DNA of 10,008 nucleotides from a virus (Duplodnaviria; Heunggongvirae; Uroviricota; Caudoviricetes): IMG/VR virus record IMGVR_UViG_2609459804_000005; one strand, 5' to 3'. Shown piece by piece: positions 7,639 to 10,008 of this stretch (position 1 is its first letter; each line of letters starts with the position of its first letter). The notes under the pieces were generated by a model. It saw only the letters and a program-made list of their open reading frames with translations, ran no database searches and was not told where the DNA came from. The position numbers and the translations under genes were made by a program.

Positions 7639-8901
7639 TTACTTCATCCAGCCTTTGATCTTCTCGGCAGATGCGGAAGCGCTATAATCCAGCGCCTTTT
7701 CATGCTCTGCCTTTTTATCCCTGAGGTGATTCTGGTAATAAATTTCCACCTCCTTTTCACGACCAGGTTCCAGCAAAGCAGGCATATTGGCGGCAGTCGC
7801 TTTTACAAACTCCTGTTTAACCGGATCGCCCGCCGCCCACGTCTGCCACTTCTGTAAAAGCTGTTGGGTTTTCTGTTGCTGAATTTTCTGTTGATGCGGT
7901 TGTGAACCAGTCGCAGCATAATATTCATCCACCGCAGCCTGTGCATTACCGCCATTCTTGATCGCGTCCGCCGCTACGTTGCTGGCCCCCTTCTGAAGCT
8001 CTTTCAGAGAAAGTCCCTGCTGCTTCGGCATAAAATAACCATAATTTTTCGATATCTCTGCAAATTTGCTGCGATCCCTGACCTGAGCGATAGCCTTATC
8101 AACGGGTATCGCCAGCACGGTTTGATCATCAGGGTGCGCACTGCCGTATTCTGTTACAGGTTTATGCGCGGTGGAGCCATCGCTGTATGTGAGATCAAGG
8201 CCAATAAGTACGTACCCTTCCTGCTGCGCCGGTACGATACTGCCAATCCTGGCCTCTTTTATCGTTTTTTCCCCGGTTGAATCAGGCATGCCAATACGCT
8301 GTTGTAGTTCCGGGGCAAACACGCCGGAAAGCACATCGAGATTTTCCGGGGTATTCAGCGAAGCAATCGCCCTGTCCGGCTTATCATCAAAGATTTTCTG
8401 CAGGTTGTTCACGGCCTGACCCGCTTTCGCAGCATAGCCTACCGTTGACATCATCTTAAGCGGATTGGCGTCCGATAATTTACCGAACAGATGAGAAGCC
8501 GCATCATGGTCACCCGCATCAATCGCTTTTCCCAGCGCCGCCATCACAGGCTGATCGCGCGCCAGCATATCGTTATACTCAAGCCGTCGCTGGTTGTATT
8601 TCTGCAACTGGAGTCGTTGCTGTTCCATCCCCAGCGACGCATTCCGGTAATTCTGGTTGGCGTTAAACTCCCTTTCCTGCAGTGTGTAATTGCGGTCATC
8701 AACTTTGGCTCTGTAATCAAAGTTCCGCTGATCAACGTCTTTATTATGTTCAAACTGAGACTGCGCAAATTCAAAATCGCGCTCGTTATTTTTCTGTTGC
8801 TGAGCAAGCTGTGCTTCTCGCAAACCAAGCTCCTTACGACGGGTCATTGCCTGGTCAACAGTGCTGAATCCGGCAAGTAACCCCTGTGCAAATCCGCTCA
8901 T
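7639..8901 (-). CDS. Hypothetical 420-aa protein with a charged Gln/Asn/Arg/Glu-rich, probably coiled-coil N-terminal region
   Basis: ATG at 8901-8899; GGAG at 8911-8908 with a 6-nt spacer; starts 10 nt after the stop of the upstream 83-aa gene. Stop TAA at 7641-7639. No recognisable catalytic motif. Confidence 0.8.
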   Translation of the reverse strand: MSGFAQGLLAGFSTVDQAMTRRKELGLREAQLAQQQKNNERDFEFAQSQFEHNKDVDQRNFDYRAKVDDRNYTLQEREFNANQNYRNASLGMEQQRLQLQKYNQRRLEYNDMLARDQPVMAALGKAIDAGDHDAASHLFGKLSDANPLKMMSTVGYAAKAGQAVNNLQKIFDDKPDRAIASLNTPENLDVLSGVFAPELQQRIGMPDSTGEKTIKEARIGSIVPAQQEGYVLIGLDLTYSDGSTAHKPVTEYGSAHPDDQTVLAIPVDKAIAQVRDRSKFAEISKNYGYFMPKQQGLSLKELQKGASNVAADAIKNGGNAQAAVDEYYAATGSQPHQQKIQQQKTQQLLQKWQTWAAGDPVKQEFVKATAANMPALLEPGREKEVEIYYQNHLRDKKAEHEKALDYSASASAEKIKGWMK

Positions 8902-8911
8902 TCACCACTCC

Positions 8912-9163
8912 TTAAAACAAAGAACCAGCAATACCACCTATGACAGCACCAATAGCCGCACCGGGGAGACCACCAACGGCAGCGCCCATAGCCGCCCCCG
9001 TACCAATGCCCGTACCGATATTCTGCTTGTTCTGCGCTTTCTGTTGCGCCGCCATCTGCTTGTTAGCAGCCTCAATTTCTTCACGTCGCCTGTCGGCGTC
9101 ACTTATTCCCTGTAATGCCTCTCGACGTGACTGATTCGCAATATCCAGTAAACCGTATCCCAT
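8912..9163 (-). CDS. Small 83-aa protein: polar charged helix plus C-terminal glycine-zipper hydrophobic segment (predicted membrane-associated)
   Basis: ATG at 9163-9161 preceded by a strong SD, AAGGAGG (GGAGG = 9172-9168), immediately after the upstream gene's TAA (9175-9173). C-terminus GTGIGTGAAMGAAVGGLPGAAIGAVIGGIAGSLF has repeated GxxxG/GxxxA spacing. Confidence 0.75.
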   Translation of the reverse strand: MGYGLLDIANQSRREALQGISDADRRREEIEAANKQMAAQQKAQNKQNIGTGIGTGAAMGAAVGGLPGAAIGAVIGGIAGSLF

Positions 9164-9172
9164 ATTTCCTCC

Positions 9173-9619
9173 TTAAGCTGACACCAGTTGTCCGCCAACA
9201 CTCAGTTGCTGTCTTGCAGGTGCAGAAGCCCCCGTCAGTATGTTCATCTGACGATCCTGCTCTGCTTCACGGATACCATTTTTCGCGCCAGCAATTGCCA
9301 GGGCATTACGTAACCCCAGCGTATTACTGTTGGGATTATCAGGTCGGTTAACGCCATATCGTGCCATCTGGTTATCCTGCGCCATCTGCGCTGTACGGAG
9401 ACTGGAAGTGGCAAGGCCACCTACCCGGGCAAGCTGTGCATTCATCAGGCTGTTGTTCTCACCAAGGTCAGCCAGCCTTGCCACGCGGGGCAAATATCTG
9501 GTTCGCCAGTCGTCGTATTGCTGGCGTGTCAGCGCGGCGGATGTCTGCCAGTCACCCTGTGGGCGGGCTGCGCCTGAATAACCAGCCCTTGCGAGAGTTT
9601 CGTATTTGCCATACTCCAT
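9173..9619 (-). CDS. Hypothetical 148-aa protein
   Basis: ATG at 9619-9617, 2 nt after the upstream TAA (9624-9622); GGAG at 9632-9629 with a 9-nt spacer, inside the upstream gene's 3' end. Hydrophilic, Arg/Ala/Gln-rich, no motif I recognise. Confidence 0.7.
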   Translation of the reverse strand: MEYGKYETLARAGYSGAARPQGDWQTSAALTRQQYDDWRTRYLPRVARLADLGENNSLMNAQLARVGGLATSSLRTAQMAQDNQMARYGVNRPDNPNSNTLGLRNALAIAGAKNGIREAEQDRQMNILTGASAPARQQLSVGGQLVSA

Positions 9620-9621
9620 AA

Positions 9622-9987
9622 TTACAGTCTCCAGTTCTGAGCCTGATGCTGAATAGCATTAGCGCCGGTGCCTGGCGTTTTAGCGCCGCCACCACCTCCG
9701 TTACCGCCAGCCTTATGCATCGCGTACGCACCTACAGCTCCCAGACCAGCGCCAACAAGAGAAGCTCGCCCCTGTTGTTTCGTAAACGCCGCCTGTGCAT
9801 CCGATTTGGCTTTTGCCAGACTGCTGTCAGCCAGGGAGTTAAAACTCTGTAACGCATCTGCCTTCTGACCGGAACCGAGAGCCGCAACATCCTGTAGCCC
9901 GGCAATATATTTATCTGCCTGCGATACCTGCCCCCGTGTGGTCGTGTCAATCTGCCCGATCACCTGGTCGCTTTGATTTGCATCCAT
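9622..9987 (-). CDS. Small 121-aa protein with a Gly-rich hydrophobic segment (glycine-zipper-like); may extend upstream beyond the window end
   Basis: ATG at 9987-9985, but no SD upstream and the frame stays open to the window edge (10008), so the true start may lie outside. Contains SLVGAGLGAVGAYAMHKAGGNGGGGGAKTPGTG. Confidence 0.55.
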   Translation of the reverse strand: MDANQSDQVIGQIDTTTRGQVSQADKYIAGLQDVAALGSGQKADALQSFNSLADSSLAKAKSDAQAAFTKQQGRASLVGAGLGAVGAYAMHKAGGNGGGGGAKTPGTGANAIQHQAQNWRL

Positions 9988-10008
9988 TACTGCATTAAAA
10001 CGACCACT

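Noticed and set aside
7693-7698. TATAAT hexamer on the plus strand
   Set aside because: No acceptable -35 element at 16-19 bp spacing, and it lies inside and antisense to the 420-aa coding sequence; probably a chance match.
15-9868. All plus-strand ORFs in the track (e.g. 505..1014, 999..1370, 3706..4110, 4498..5031, 4863..5240, 6105..6443, 8491..8880, 9361..9621)
   Set aside because: Each lies antisense to a longer, protein-like minus-strand ORF. Their translations are Arg/Cys/His/Pro-rich low-complexity sequence typical of shadow frames, and none has a convincing SD-plus-start arrangement.
3601-9987. Lambda-like tail assembly chaperone G/GT programmed frameshift followed by a tape-measure gene
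   Set aside because: The slippery site sits about 1,300 codons into a giant ORF rather than at the end of a small chaperone gene, and the giant protein lacks the helical, repeat-rich character of tape-measure proteins.

Overview
The window is almost entirely one co-directional, tightly packed minus-strand gene module; the plus-strand ORFs in the track look like antisense shadows. Reading in the direction of transcription (high to low coordinates): four small or medium genes of 121, 148, 83 and 420 codons with Shine-Dalgarno-coupled starts; a clean intrinsic terminator; then a giant ORF of 1,431 in-frame codons whose believable protein sequence continues in two further reading frames, giving about 1,830 codons if two -1 frame changes are bridged; then another large ORF that runs off the window start (at least 677 codons). 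The giant protein has two HExxH zincin-type motifs, long Pro/Glu/Gln/Ala-rich linkers and a (Val-Pro)n repeat. Two of the small proteins share a polar-helix plus glycine-zipper architecture. I see no rRNA, tRNA, CRISPR array, IS element, integrase or att-like repeat. My best reading is a phage or conjugative-element module for virion-packaged or injected proteins built around a large polyvalent-type effector, but every family assignment here is inference from motifs and architecture, not from any database search. Most worth follow-up: the two frame breaks inside the giant gene (one sits exactly on a TTTAAAG slippery heptamer), the nested stem-loop at the downstream gene junction, and the terminator abutting the giant gene's RBS.
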